DNA of 64,000 bases. It comes from Octopus vulgaris (Eukaryota). This document shows, piece after piece, positions 42,012-56,177 of the stretch. How positions within the stretch are numbered: position 1 is the first letter of the stretch; every line of letters begins with the position of its first letter. The position numbers were made by a program, and so were the translations under genes. The notes under the pieces are model-generated. The model saw only the letters and a list, made by a program, of their open reading frames with translations. It ran no database searches and had not been told where the DNA came from. The stretch spans positions 71,920,001-71,984,000 of the forward strand of contig OX597822.1 in the NCBI GenBank assembly GCA_951406725.2, in the 5' to 3' direction.

Positions 42012-43080
42012 TCATCATCATCATCATCGTTTAACGTCCGTTTTCCGCGCTAGCACGGGTTGGACAGTTCGACCGGGGTCTGGGAAGCCAGGGGCTGCTC
42101 CAGGCTCCAGTCTGATCTGGCAGAGTTTCTATGGCTGGATGCCCTTCATAACACCAACCACCCCGCGAGTATAGTGGGTGCTTTTTACGTGCCACCTGCA
42201 CAGGTGCCAGGGGGGGTCCGGCCACGGTCACGATTGGAAGGAGCCAGGCGCTGGCAATGTTCGGATGGTCTTTTTATGTGCCACCGGCACAGGAGCCAGT
42301 TGGGGCGGCGCTGGCATCGGCCACGTTCGGATGGAACTTTTTATGTGCCACTGGCACAGAAGCCAGTCGGGGCAGCGCTGGCATCGGCCACGTTCGGATC
42401 GTGCTTTTTATGTGCCACTGGCACAGGCATCACATCATATCAATTCCATTGATATTTATTTTGACGTTCATGTTCATGTACTTGACTCAACAGGTCTCCT
42501 CAAGCACAGCGGGACGTTCTGGGATCCGGGGTACTTTGAATGGGCAGGGGCTATGCGGAACTGATGCAGGAAGCAGCCCGGGTCTTTGCAGTCACAGCAT
42601 ATCTCCAGAGATCTCAATCCTTTGCCATTGCCTCAGTGAGGCCCAACGCTCTGAGGTCATGCTTGACTACCTCATCCCATGTCTTCCTGGGTCTACCTCT
42701 CCCTCATCCATCTGCAGCACATGACCATACCATCGCAAGCGTCGCTCTTGCACACCACATCTGATGCTTCTTATATCCAGCATTTCTCTCAGGGTGTTTA
42801 CACTCTGTCGTGCGTGCACACTGACATTACACATCCAGCGGATCATGCTAGCTTCATTTCTTTCAAGTCTATGCATGTCCTCTGCAGTCACAGCCCATGT
42901 TTCACTACCGTGAAGCATGGCAGTTCGCACACACGCATTATACAATCTACCTTTCACTCTGAGGGAGAGACCCTTTGTCGCCAGTAGGGGTAGGAGCTTT
43001 CTGAACTTTGCCCAGGCTATTCGTATTTTAGTGGTGATATTCTCTGTGCATCCACCTCCACTACTAACTTGGTCACCCAC
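42012..43080 (-). mobile_element. 5'-truncated RTE LINE
   Basis: [10 protein letters not shown]...[39 protein letters not shown]...RRLRWYGHV. 3' UTR carries ~60 bp tandem units and a (GAT)n tail. Confidence 0.92.
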
Positions 43081-43112
43081 GTATGTATGTATGTATGTAT
43101 GTATTTATATAT

Positions 43113-43185
<73 letters not shown>

Positions 43186-43198
43186 TAGATATAGATAT

Positions 43199-43255
<57 letters not shown>

Positions 43256-43837
43256 AACAGCAGTGCTTTTTACATGGCACCAGTACTAGAATATTCTACA
43301 TGTCACCATCACCAGTGCTCTTCATGTGACTCTTTTCACATGGCACCAGCACCAACAGGGTCACCAGATTGTTATTTTTTTTTTATACACCCAGGCCTAT
43401 TCCCCATTTTTGTAGGAGAAAGTAGCCACAACAAGGCCCACACCAGGCATTCCATTCATTTACCAGCTGGTATGACCCTGGGACCCTGGTTTCAGGCTCT
43501 TTGAGGAGTGTGGAACCACCTCTTAGCCACAATTCTTTCCAGGTCTACTCTGGCCTGGAGTGGTAGCACCTGTAAGGGTCCCAGCTATGATTTAACTAGC
43601 AAACCCCTCTGCGACTGGGGGAACAGTAGAAGGCAGTTGCTGTATTCCCTGCATGGCACAAGAGGTGACTAAAAGGGACAGAAGCAAAGGGCCTGGGAAT
43701 CCAATCCTCTTAGTAATTTCATATTCCTAAAAAGTCAACAAGTTATGTATAGTAATGTTAGTAATAGTTATGCCTAGTAGACACTAGTAGGTACATAATT
43801 TACAGATGATGTTAATCATATTATACAGAAATTGTAG

Positions 43838-44262
43838 GTGCAGGAGTGGCTGTGTGGTAAGGAGCTTGCTTACCAACCACGTGGTTTTCGGTTCAGTCCC
43901 ACTGCATGGCACTTTGGGGAAGTGTTTTGTCTTCTACTATAACCACAGGCTGATCAAAGCCTTGTGATGGATTTGGTAGAGAGAAACTGAAAGAAGCCCA
44001 TCGTGTATATGTATATATATATATGTATGTACGCATGTGTGTGTGTGTGTCTGTGTCTGTGTTTGTCCCCATCCAATATTGCCTGACAACCAATGCTGGT
44101 GTGTTTACAACCCCCATAACATTAGCGGTTCGGCAAAAGAGACCAATAGAATAAGTACTTGGCTTACAAAGAACAAGTCCTGGGGTCGATTTGCTCAGCT
44201 AAAGGTGGTGCTCCAGCATGGCCACAGTCAAATGACTGAAACAAGTAAAATAATAAAAGAAT
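43838..44262 (+). mobile_element. SINE family A, full length (CpG-decayed)
   Basis: Complete head-to-tail match to family A. Confidence 0.9.
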
Positions 44263-44545
44263 AAATTATCCCTAATCTAGACATAAAACTACTGACTTTG
44301 AGGGACAGGGGTTAGTTAATTATGTGAACCCCTGTACTTGATTTGTATTTTTAAATAGCCCCAGAGGACTAGAAGAGAAAGTTGAGGTTCATGGCATTTG
44401 ATTTCTTAATGTAAGAAATCAGAGCAAATACTTTTCTACAATGGGCACAAGGCCTGGAATTTTGCGGATGGGGTTTAGTCAATTGCATTGACTCCAGTAC
44501 TTGTTTGGTACATGTTTTAGCAACCACAGAAGAGTAAAAAGCAAT

Positions 44546-45043
<498 letters not shown>

Positions 45044-45054
45044 CAATGTTTATC

Positions 45055-46655
45055 TTAGTGGAATTTGAACTCAGAATGTTAAGACTGACAAAATGTTGTA
45101 ATGAATTTTGTCCAGTGAACTAACAATCTAGCAGCTCACCGCCTTGCTCTGTAAATTTATAATGGTTTCAAATTTTGGCACAAGGCCAGCAATTTCAAGG
45201 GCAGGACTTATCGATTATATCAACCCCAGTGCTCATCTGGTGTTTATTTTTCGACCCCATAAGGATAAAGAGCAAAGTTGATCGTATAATAACCCTTTCT
45301 ATTATAGGCACAAGGCCTGAAATTTGGGGGAGGGATATAGTCAATTACATCGACCCAGTACACAACTGGTACTTAGTTTATTGACCCCAAAAGGATGAAT
45401 GGTAAAGTCGACCTTGGTGGAATTTGAACTCAGAATGTAGAGACGGGCGAAATAGTTAAGCATTTCGTCAGCGTGCTAACATTTCTGCTGGCTCGCTACC
45501 CTGAGTTGATCTTATAATAATCTTTTCTCCTTTAAGCACAAGGCCCGAAATTTTTAGGGAGTGGGGGACAGACGATTAGATTGACCCCAGTATGCAAATG
45601 GTACTTAATTTATCAACCCCAAAAGGATGAAAAGTAAAGTCGATCTCGGCGGAATTTGAACTCAGAACATAGTGACAAGTGAAATACAGCTAAGCATTTC
45701 GCCCAGCGTGCTAATGATTCTGCCAGCTCGTTGGTCTTATAATAATAGTAATAATAATGAAATTATTGTGTATAGTGCTCAGGTGCACTACAACTCATCA
45801 AAGGTGCATGCTCAGTACATAGAATTATATACAAAAGTCAGGAAAGTGAACAGTGTATGAGTCATGATATACATGTGTGCATGTGTATGGACGGTGGGAT
45901 ATCAGGTATAGTGTTAGCAAATTTCAGGAAGCATGGAAGTTTTAAAGGATGCAATGTCTCAACAACTAACAACTGATGCAGGTAGTTTGTTCCATACTTC
46001 AGCAACTCTGAGTGGAATTTGAACTCGACTTTGCCTTTCATTTTATTGGGAGTCGATAAAGTAAGTACCATTTTTTTTTTATTGACTCCAAGAGGATGAA
46101 AGACAAAGTTGAGTTCAAATTCTATTCAGAGTTGCTTAAGCATGGAACAAACTACCTGCATCAGTTGAGTGGAATTTGAACTCTGCCGTTACGTTCTGAG
46201 TTCAAATTCCGCCGAGGTCGACCTTGACTTTCATCCTTTCGGGGTCGATAAATTAAGTACCAGTTATGCACTGGGGTCAATGTAATCAACTTAATCTCCT
46301 TGTCTGTCCTTGTTTGTTCCCTCTATGTTTAGCCCCTTGTGGGCAATAAAGAAATAAGAAACATTAGCATACCGGGGAAAATACTTGGCAGTATTTTGTC
46401 TGTCTTTATGTTCTGAGTTCAAATTCCACTGAGGTTGACTTTGTCTTTCATCCTTTTGGGTTCGATAAATTAAGTACCAGTTGCATACTGGGGTCAATCT
46501 AATCAACTGGCCCCCTTGCCAAAAATTTCAGGCCTTTTGCTAAGAGTAGAAAAGAAAAAGATAAAGTAAGTACCATTTGAGCACTAGGGTGGACGTAATC
46601 GACTCACTCCCATCCCCAAATTTCCTGGCTTTGTGCTAAAATTTGAAACCAATAT
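45055..46655. mobile_element. Dense cluster of family D SINE fragments plus a CR1/L2-like LINE 3' end (45750-46012, minus)
   Basis: At least six Meta-like cores. The LINE end translates LRVAEVWNKLPASVVSC*DIASFKTSM. Confidence 0.8.
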
Positions 46656-47449
46656 TTTGAAGCTGTCATTGAAATTGTTATCTCTTACTTACTTCAATCA
46701 GTGGATTGCAGCTATACTGGAGCACCACCTGAAAGGGTATAGTCGAACAAACTGACCTCCAGTACTCTGGTACTTAGTCTATCAATCTCTATTGCTGAAC
46801 TACTAAGTTACAGGGATGTAAACACACCAACACCAGTTGCCAAATGGTAGAGGACAAGAGGCATGCAAACACACACACACACACACACACACGTGCACGC
46901 GCATGCACACACACAATGGGCTTCCATACAATTTCTGTCAACCGAAATTCACTCGCAACTCATCGCTTGTCCCAGCACCATAGAAGGCATTTGCCGAAGC
47001 TGCCACACAGTGGGACTGAACCTGAAACCACACGGTTACAAAACAAGCTTCTTAACCACACAACCATGTCCAACCAATTTTTACTTTGAATCAAGGAAAT
47101 AACAACAACAGCAAAAACAACAACAATCTAGAAATATTTGCAACTAATATGCATTGCTAATCATTTTAAAAGTGGTTTTTAACATTCTGAGGCTATCTAG
47201 AAAATATATAGTTCATACATTATATTTAACTATATTATTTTTAACTGTTTATTTTATTTAGCAATATTAACTATATTAGCTCTGCTCAAAATTTACTCAG
47301 ATTTGATTTAATTGCAATGAAAATATTCCATTATATGAACTAGAATTTCTTTGCTTTTTTTTTTTCATTTTTTTTTTCATCTTCAAAGTGAATGAAACTT
47401 AACATTACTTCTTTCCATAACTGAAAATATATAATTTCTTGCATTATAC

Positions 47450-48645
47450 ATATGTACATGCATACATACACAAATACATACATACATATACATACATACA
47501 TACATACATACATACATACATACATACATGCGTACATACATACATACATACATACATACATACACACATACATACAAACATACATACATACATACATACA
47601 CACACACATATACACACATACACATACATACATATACATACATACATGCATTTATAGACATATTACAATACATACATACATACATATATATATTCAAATA
47701 TACATATGCACATACATACTTATATACATATATACATACATACATTTATAAATATATTACAATACATACATATATATACTCATACATATGCACATACATA
47801 CATACATACATTTATAAATATATTACAATACATACAAACATATATATATTCAAACATACATATGCACATACATACATACATATATACATATATATACATA
47901 CATACATACATTTATAAATATATTACAATACATACATACATATATATTCATACATAGATATGTACATAGATATATACATACATAAACACACACAATATAT
48001 ACATACATACATATATATATTCATACATACATACGTACATACATACATACATACGTACATACATACATACATACATACATAAAACATACATACATATATA
48101 CATACATATATTCATACATACATATATGCATAGATATATCACCATACATACATGCATATATGCATACATACATACATACATACATACATACATACATACA
48201 TACATACATACACACATTCATAGATACATTCACACATATAATACATTCATACAATACATACATACATATATGTTACATACATACATGCATAGATACATAC
48301 ACACATACATGTATGCATACATACATATGTACAGTAAAACATGCATGTATTTACACATATATGCATGCATGCATACATCACCATCAATGCATTCATACAC
48401 ACATACACAAACACATACATGCACACATACATGCATACACACATACACACATACATACGCACATACATACATACATACATACATACATACAAACACACAT
48501 ACATACGTACATACACACATACATATGTACATACATACATACACACATACACACATACATACACACATACATACGTACATACATACACACATACATACGT
48601 ACATACATACACACAGACGAACACACACACATACGCACATACATA
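47450..48645. repeat. Degenerate (ATAC)n/(AC)n array with higher-order units
   Basis: ATTACAATACATAC recurs four times in 47660-47935. Confidence 0.9.
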
Positions 48646-49717
48646 CAATTCTTTTATTCTCTAGGATCGGTTCCATATTTCACAACTATAACTTATACCA
48701 TTATTGCATTATCAAATTCTATGAAATTGAATTGCAAAAGAGAATAACAGTCAAGACCAAAGCGCTGCTGTCTGTGTGATGTATAGTGATTAATAAACGG
48801 AATGGTACATGAATAAGTATAATGTTTTTTACTTTTCTCATGTCATATATTTGTCAGTGTTGTTAAGAGCGTCTGTCTGGAATGTCATTGTTTCTTTCTA
48901 CAACTGTTCACAGCTCACTGAATAGTGTTTCTTGTCCTGTATTCTTTAATTATTTTTTAAATTTGATTCTAAACTGAATATATCTAAATATACTTTTCGA
49001 CAATAAACAAGAATGTCATTTTCTCTTCTTTTCTTTTACCTTTCTTTTTTCTTTTTTTTTTTTTTGAAATTTAACATTTTGATATAATAAAAAATATTTA
49101 ATATTATAAAACAGTTTCGAGCTTTCTTTGTTTTTTTTTCATTTTGATATCTGAAGTATTTCTCTCTTTTATTTTCTGTATAAAATAATATTTAATATCA
49201 AACAAGTTGCTATGTACTCAACTGTCGTGGTATTTGGTTAACTGTAATGGATTAGTCAGTTACGAATCTTCGACTGTCTTTAAGCCAATCCAGATGTGGA
49301 TTTATTGAATGCTTTGAGAGTGTAATTGACAACAAGCCAGGGAAAGAGTGAAATAACTCATTCTGCAGGAGACAGTACCTGTTGACAGAATCATTTCAAT
49401 CGTCAGTGCACGCTTAGGTAGCACTCAGCAAACTTTGAGAAAATTTGTTTGGTATAAAAGAGCAGACACATTACAGCAGAAGTTGCTTTTTTTTTTTTTG
49501 GTTTTTATTGAGGTATCATCCAGTCAGGCTGATTGTCTGGGCCAGCCTGACTAACTTTCTCCATCCCTCCCAATCTTCCATTAATGGTTTTAGGTCTTCA
49601 ACTTGGCATCCACCATCTTCTGCAAGCTGTTGTATATACATCTTCGGTGGTCTTCCAGCCACTGTGGCAACAGGATTTGGTGTCCACAGCAACACATTAT
49701 TCACAAGTTCTTCTTTG

Positions 49718-50516
49718 CATAGGAGTGGCTGTGTGGTAAGTAGCTTGCTTATGAACCACATGGTTCTGGGTTCAGTCCCACTGCATGGCACCTTGGGCAA
49801 GTGTCTTCTACTATAGCCTCGGGCCAACCAAAGCCTTGTGAGTGGGTTTGGTAGACGGAAACATATATATATATATATATTTTTTTTTTTCAACCTCACT
49901 GACAAGGATAGGTGGCACATTTTCTTCCTGTTGGAGTGGTGGTAATGGCTGGACATTTCTGGTAGACTTAAAGAGCTTGGTGTAGAAGTCTTTGCAAATT
50001 TTTCCATCTTGCTCTTATCGTCGACCAGTATTCCATCTGTATTCTTCAGGGTCGTCACCTCCGATCTATATAATTGGTGGACCCGCGCAGTTGTCGAGTG
50101 GTACCCATGTGAGTGGAAACGACCTCCTGGAAGGCCTCCACGATGGTGGAGTTATGATTTCAGGAGGACGATTGCGATCACGTGGATGAGAAAGGCGCGA
50201 TCCAGAGAGGAGTGGACAGCATGCTGTGACCAGCGTTGTCAAATGAATGCCTGACAGACTGGTCGGTCAAGGTGAAGGTGATATATATATACATATATAT
50301 ATTTGTGTGTATATGTTTGTATGTCTGTGTTTGTTTCCCCAACATCGCTTGACAACCGGTGCTGGTGCGTTTAGTCCCTGTAACTTAGCGGTTCAGCATA
50401 AGAGACCAATAAAATAAGTTCTAGGCTTACAAAGAATAAGTCCTGGGGTCAGTTTACTCGACTAAAGGCAGTGCTCAAACATGGCCACAGTCAAATGACT
50501 GAAACAAGTAAAAGAG
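49718..50516 (+). mobile_element. SINE family A interrupted by an RTE insertion
   Basis: 5' half at 49718-49862, 3' half at 50281-50516. Confidence 0.85.
49892..50280. mobile_element. RTE insertion with 5' inversion
   Basis: Minus-strand piece TTLKNTDGILVDDKSKMEK fused to a plus-strand 3' end WTRAVVEWYPCEWKRPPGRPP...WMRKARSREEW with a GGTGAAGGTGA tail. Confidence 0.7.
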
Positions 50517-51392
50517 TTCTCTAATGGCCAACAAGCCTCAATCTCCACTCTTGGATGGTTGATGAGAGTAACTTGGTAAATTCCCATATAACCGCTATGT
50601 TGTTGGATGCTCCCCGCAAGAGATGTTGAGCACTGCAAGTAACATTCTGGTGTAGGCATGTACCATCCAGCATGCACCTAAGTCTCTTGGTGAGAGTTTA
50701 AGTCAGAGATCCATATTCAAGCACAGATTCAACAATTACTCTGAAGAACTGTTTCTTCAATTTATCTGGTAGGGTTGACTTTCATATTGTTCTAAAACCG
50801 TCTATAGTTACTATTTATATATTTTCATTGCTCAGAGAGATCTCTTTTGCTTGGGTTATTCATCAGTATAAATTGCATGAAGTGTACATGGTGCATTCCA
50901 GAGGTTTCCAGACATTTTCAGAAAAGGCATTTATTAATTTATTAATTTCAAAGAAGTACAAAACTCTAATCACCTTCAAAGCAGGATCCTCTAACTTCTA
51001 TGCACTTGCGGTTGTAGTACAGCAGCCACTTTGTGAAGGCCCATGGGGGAAGTCCTCTAAAGTGTTTGTATTTGTAACTGTGTACCATTCCTTGCTTTTA
51101 TCGTCCTTGTTTTCATATACATTCACTTGCTGTCTTCCAAAGAATCTAGTGCTCTTAGCTTAGATTTTCTTGGGGCCGGCCAGATTAGAGCAGTCTCGAG
51201 TATAACTGGCCAAAACTGCAATGATGATCTGGAACTCGACTGACGAGAGAAAGCTCCGAATTACCTTTCCTTGTTTTTTCCTGTCCTTTTTTGCACCATC
51301 AAACTGTCCAGATGTTTTGTTATTGCCTGTTACATTCTTGTTCCATTTTTTGTTTTGTTTATACACACAAACACACACACACACACACATAT

Positions 51393-51458
<66 letters not shown>

Positions 51459-51463
51459 GTATA

Positions 51464-51544
<81 letters not shown>

Positions 51545-51779
51545 TTTGTCTGCATCTATGAATGTATGTATATAGGAAATGTATGTTTGTATGTAGATAA
51601 GCAGGCAAATATCTTGGTGTGTAGCTAAATGTACCATTATTCTAATTGTTAATGAATTGTTAATAGTTACCAACCTACCATTGTATTAATGTCTATATTT
51701 ACCTACCAATGAATCCATTTATCTATCTACTACTAATTTAAATACTTATCTACCTATACACTGAACTGTCTACCAACCT

Positions 51780-51872
51780 ACCTACCTACCCACCTAAGTA
51801 CATACCTATTTATCTGTCTGTCTGCCTGTCTACCAATCTGTCTGTCTGTCTGTCTATCTGTCTGCCTGTCTA

Positions 51873-51911
<39 letters not shown>

Positions 51912-51914
51912 CTA

Positions 51915-51981
<67 letters not shown>

Positions 51982-52012
51982 GTCTGTCTATCCATCTATC
52001 TATCTATCTGTT

Positions 52013-52097
<85 letters not shown>

Positions 52098-52112
52098 GTC
52101 TGTCTATCTATC
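51780..52112. repeat. (TCTA)n/(TCTG)n compound microsatellite
   Basis: Directly visible. Confidence 0.95.
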
Positions 52113-52203
52113 TCTAATGTACTGTTCATGATAGAAACTTGAACAAAAAAGTACTCCATCTGGTGAGAGATAAATATTTAGATATATATATATATATATA
52201 TAT

Positions 52204-52240
<37 letters not shown>

Positions 52241-52243
52241 AAT

Positions 52244-52294
<51 letters not shown>

Positions 52295-52547
52295 GATACA
52301 TATATAGTGCATTGTTAAAAACATAACTGACATAATTCTGTAATTACACAGCTTATTGTGCTATAGAAAATCAGACAAATATTGAATGAATTCTATACTA
52401 GAATAATAGTCACTCGCATTACAATGACATTTCTATATTCAAAACACTTCAAGCAAAATGATCAACAGCCTGCTTCTGTCACAATTGTCTTATTTTCTTC
52501 TGTTTTTACCTGTTGATGTCTACTAAAGGATTGCGGCGCACAACACA

Positions 52548-52685
52548 CCTCCTCCTCCTCCTACTTCCTCCACTCCTCCTCCTCCTCGTAGTCGTCGGTG
52601 TCGTTGTCATCGTCGGTGTCATTGTCATCGTCATTGTTGTCGTCATCATCGTCATCACAACCACCACCATTATCAACATCAGCAT

Positions 52686-52716
<31 letters not shown>

Positions 52717-52878
52717 GTCGTCGTCATCAACGTCATCATCATCATCAACGTCGTCATCATCATCATCATCGTCATCACCACCACTGCCACCACCACCAAC
52801 ACCACCACCACCATTACCACCACCACCACCACCTACACCATCACCACCACCACCACCACCACCACCACCACCACCACC

Positions 52879-52912
<34 letters not shown>

Positions 52913-52940
52913 TTATCACCACCATCGTCACCGTTGTTGT
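52548..52940. repeat. Compound trinucleotide array (CCT, CGT, CAT, CAC)
   Basis: Directly visible; in-phase trinucleotides over ~390 bp. Confidence 0.95.
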
Positions 52941-53293
52941 TGCGTGGGTCAGAAATTTGCTGAGGCTGTTGCATGCATTTGTTGGTGTCGTGGACTGTGG
53001 TTGTGGTGGCTGCTTTGTTGACAGTGTCGGGTGACACAAGACGTCACGTCACAAGCAGGGTTTTGCTGCAGGTGAATGAAAACGTATTTCCAAGGCTGCC
53101 TGTAGAAGCAACCAACAACACTCGCAAACAACAAACAAAAGATTTTAGGACTACATGCAATGTTTTCCATGTCAGTCTTTCAACAAATGCTAACAAAAAC
53201 AGTGACACATTGGGAGAGACATACTGCTGGGATCTGTGACAAGTTATCTGATATAGCAATCTGCAGCTGGTTCATCACAAGTGGAAAATAATT

Positions 53294-53445
53294 CAGTTCT
53301 ATATTTAAGAGATGAGGAGTTATGTACATTATTTACATTCGACAGATATTTGTCCTCATCTTGTTTGTTATTAACACAACGTTTCGGCTGATATACCCAC
53401 CAGCCTTCATCCAGTGTCTTGGGGAAATTTCAAACCTGGGTTATC
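53294..53445 (-). mobile_element. Hammerhead-bearing short element, 3' fragment
   Basis: Homologous to 61396-61565; core mutated. Confidence 0.8.
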
Positions 53446-53682
53446 GTTGGTTTCTATGGATTGATGTCCTTCGTAGCACCAACCACTTCACATTATGTAC
53501 CAGGGTGCCTTTTTTTCCATGGCACCAGCACTATTGAGATCACTGTGTAACTTGCAAGACTAAGATCTTCTTCAACCAAGTGGGATTAAAGTAAAGGGAG
53601 AGGAAGGCAGCTTTATACTGGGTGATGAGGCAATAAGGTCTGAGAGAAGGAACCAGAACAGAACAGTTTTCTTGCCATTGAG

Positions 53683-54046
53683 CAGTTTTTCTCAACCATT
53701 ATTTAACCTATGGACACCTTTGACCCCTATTTTACTCAGATGGACCCTCCTAGCCATTCAATGTTTTTAAAAAAATCATATTGTGTTTTTATGATTAAAT
53801 ATACTCTTTTACTTGTTTCAGTCATTTGATTGTGGCCATGCTGGAGCACCACATTTAGTCGAGCAAATCAACCCCAGGATTTATTCTTTATAAGCTTAGT
53901 ACTTATTCTATCAGCCTCTTTTGCCGAACCACTAAGTTACGGGGACGTAAACACACCAGCATCGGTTGTCAAACGATGTTGGGGTGAACAAACACAGACA
54001 CACAAACACATACACACAAATACATACACACACACACATACATATT

Positions 54047-54087
<41 letters not shown>

Positions 54088-54825
54088 AATAAATGCGCCC
54101 TTTTAAAGCCTAGCCAGGCTCATAGGCCTAATTTCCCGGTTTCAATGGTGTATGTGCTCCCCAGCTAGACAGGATGCCAGTCCATCACAGCGTTACTCAT
54201 TTTTGCCAGCTGAGTGGACTGGAGCAACGGGAAATGAATTGTTTTTCTCAAGAACACAACGTGTCATGCGGTCCAGGAATCGAAACCACAATCTTACAAT
54301 CATGATGTTGACACCCTAACCACTAAGCCACGCACCTCCACATATATATATAAATATAGTTAATCCAAACATGAACAAGCAAGAAAAAACAACTACGCGA
54401 GGACGTGGAATAAGTACAGTGTTATTGGACACTCAGGAAAAGAAAGAAAAGAAAGAAAAGAAAGAGGATTTAATGTTTCGAGCGGAGCTCTATATATATA
54501 TATATATATACGATGGGCTTCTTTCAGTTTCCGTCTACCAAATCCACTCACAAGGCTTTGGTCAGCCCAGGCTATAGTAGAAAATACTTGCCCTAGGTGA
54601 CACGCAGTGGGACTGAACCCGGAACGATGTGGTTCGTAAGCAAGCTACTTACCACACAGCCACTCTTATGCCTATATATTAGGAATTGTATAAAAAATAA
54701 AAAATAAAATTGTTAAAACATTTTGGGTATTATAGAAGTCTAAACTATTTATTGCAGATAAACTTTAACAGGAAAATCTTATATGGACCCCTCCAAGTAC
54801 CACGTGAACCACTATCGAGAACCAG
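53683..54825. mobile_element. hAT/Charlie-like MITE with nested SINE A (53803-54672, minus), itself holding a CORE SINE (54090-54342) and a Penelope-like fragment
   Basis: CAGTTTTTCTCAACC start, GGACCC motifs and GAGAACCAG end. The nested pieces match families seen elsewhere in the window. Confidence 0.7.
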
Positions 54826-55122
54826 TTATAGAAGAACTTCATGGCTGCCCACATTTTAGAAAAAAGAGTAGAAGTAGTCTGGGTGGAGCTGGAAAATGAT
54901 AGAAATAGTGATAATGCAATGTCAGGGTGAATATTCAAGATATGAAGTGAATAGAAGTGAGTGAAGACAAGAGAACAGGGAGTGTAGATAAATGATTGAG
55001 TAAGTGTAGGTGGCACTGCATCAGTTATCGCGAGTGTTCCAGTTGATCCAATCGACAGAATAACCTGCTCGTGAAATTAACGTGCAAGTGGCTGAGTGTT
55101 CCACAGACAGGCATACCTTTAA

Positions 55123-55340
55123 CCCTTTCGTTACCAACCCAGTTGAAACTGCCTCTGGATCTGAGTACAAATGTCTTGTTTACATAAGTTTTGAATTAAA
55201 ATCTTCCACTAAACCTTAGTCTCAATTTATGTTCTTAACACCAGCTGAATAATTAAGTTATTTTTACAAAATTTTTTGTTATATTTAAAGTAACTGAAAG
55301 AAACACAAAGCATCTCAACAGAAATATGGTAACAAAGGGG
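55123..55340. mobile_element. piggyBac-like MITE copy 1
   Basis: TTAA|CCCTTTCGTTACC ... GGTAACAAAGGGG|TTAA. Confidence 0.85.
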
Positions 55341-55371
55341 TTAAAATATATAATAGAGAAACAATTCTTAA

Positions 55372-55593
55372 CCCTTTTGATACCAACCCACCTAAAACCA
55401 ACTCTGGCTCAGTAGTACAAATGTCTTGCTTCCAAAAGTTCTGAATTAAAATCTTCCACCATACTCTTAGTTACAATTCAAGTTCCTAACTCTAGCTTAA
55501 TGATAACTAAGTTATTTTACTAAATTCTTTGTTATATTTAAAGTAATTGAAAGAAACACAGAGCATCTTAAAATGAATACAGTAACAAAAAGG
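55372..55593. mobile_element. piggyBac-like MITE copy 2
   Basis: TTAA|CCCTTTTGATACC ... AGTAACAAAAAGG|TTAA; collinear with copy 1. Confidence 0.8.
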
Positions 55594-56177
55594 TTAATGA
55601 AGTTCTCTGGGAGATTCAGCTTGACACAAAATGTAACAAGGCCGGCCCTTTGAGATACAGGTACTACTCATTTTGGGAGGTGAGTTAAGGCTGTAAAAAT
55701 ATGGGGGAGTGAGAGATGGTTAGAGATGGTAAATGGGGGAGAGGGTGGGGAGAATATAAGGAAGACCAAGTTGAGGAATGAGTAGGGGAGGTTGGAGAAG
55801 AGTGGGTGACAACTATAGCAATTGGGTAGGGTTGAGGGGTAGATGTGGTGAATGGTGGACAGGGATGGACTGGTGATATTAATACATAAGAGTTGGGTTG
55901 GCAGTAGAGGAGAGTAGGAGATGACTGGCAGTGCTGAGAAGGAAAGGGAGGTAAAGAGCAACAGAATAATAATAATAATGATAATACAGTAGACAGGAGG
56001 AGGAGGGAGAGGATATGTAAGTGAATAGGTTGCAAGAGTGCAGGAGGAAAGGCAAATGTTGTGAAAAGAGAGGAGTGAAAGAAATAAGAGTTTCCTTACT
56101 TGAGAAACTGGTCAAGGTTAGTGACAGTAAAAGTATTCAGCTGTAAAGCAAAGTCTCAATAATACATTCATCTAACC

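Larger units (their letters stand above)
49516..50760 (-). mobile_element. RTE(-X)-like LINE 3' part split by a SINE
   Basis: 50520-50700 reads TLTKRL..MLDG.YTRML.AVLNIS...HPT..RLYGNLP...WRLRLVGH. It continues at 49715-49516 as LVNNVLLWTP...GRPPKMYIQQL.ED...LMEDWEGWR. Confidence 0.75.

Noticed and set aside
49224-49272. Possible pre-miRNA hairpin
   Set aside because: The stem is short and bulged, with no match to a miRNA I recognise.
52506-53039. Poly-G/D, poly-S/P and poly-T/I ORFs
   Set aside because: Open in many frames only because of trinucleotide repeats; no recognisable protein.
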